Source of the DNA: a virus
Lineage: Duplodnaviria; Caudoviricetes
DNA length: 24,037 bases
Virus record (IMG/VR): IMGVR_UViG_3300027968_000018
Location: 1 to 24,037 of that record
Direction: 5' to 3' (one strand)
Of the stretch, positions 23,973-24,037 are shown piece after piece (the stretch's first letter is position 1; every line of letters starts with the position of its first letter). The notes beneath the pieces are model-generated. The model worked only from the letters and a program-made list of their open reading frames with translations. It did no database searches and was not told the DNA's origin. The translations under genes were made by a program, and so were the position numbers.

Positions 23973-24037
23973 CTAGTTTTCACTATTTAAAATCATGATT
24001 TGGGCCTCGTTATCTGTTGTTAAGACTAATTCCACTA
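23973..24037 (-). CDS. 3' end of an upstream gene truncated by the window edge
   Basis: Open frame ...VELVLTTDNEAQIMILNSEN then TAG at 23975-23973, just before the next RBS. Confidence 0.5.
   Translation of the reverse strand, partial: VELVLTTDNEAQIMILNSEN

Larger units (their letters stand above)
1..24037 (-). mobile_element. Segment of a large Bacillaceae phage / prophage / phage-plasmid (structural, lysis, replication and nucleotide-metabolism modules)
   Basis: Co-oriented dense genes; phage-type annealing protein, AEP primase, helicase, RNR, XhlA/holin-like pair and many small hypothetical genes; AAAGGAGG-type RBSs. No integrase, att site or host housekeeping synteny is visible, so the lifestyle is unresolved. 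Confidence 0.85.

Noticed and set aside
1-24037. CRISPR array, tRNA/rRNA genes, IS elements, iteron origin
   Set aside because: No regularly spaced direct repeats, cloverleaf-like segments or transposase motifs were seen; intergenic gaps are short and otherwise explained. Manual reading could miss weak cases.

Overview
AT-rich window in which every credible gene lies on the minus strand, densely packed with Bacillus-type ribosome-binding sites (RBS) and sigma-A-like promoters. It reads as part of a large Bacillaceae phage, prophage or phage-plasmid. In transcription order (right to left) it holds: (i) a virion-structural region with a protein ending in a carbohydrate-binding-module-like domain, a coiled-coil protein and five consecutive paralogous genes, closed by an XhlA-like and holin-like pair with no adjacent endolysin; (ii) a replication/recombination operon with a Rad52/Sak-like annealing protein, a possible initiator/loader, an archaeo-eukaryotic (AEP) primase, a DnaB-like helicase, small Cys-rich and coiled-coil proteins and a degenerate HD protein; (iii) a class I ribonucleotide reductase operon (alpha, beta, flavodoxin), small phage genes and a degenerate PD-(D/E)XK nuclease-like gene that the ORF track missed. 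The strongest signals are a prfB-like +1 frameshift cassette (GGGGG-TAT-CCC-AGG-C) in the annealing-protein gene, a GTAAC-N2-GTTAC palindrome at nearly the same position behind two promoters, tandem NrdR-like boxes with one inside a terminator loop, and the five-paralogue array. All family calls come from motifs recognised by eye; no searches were run.
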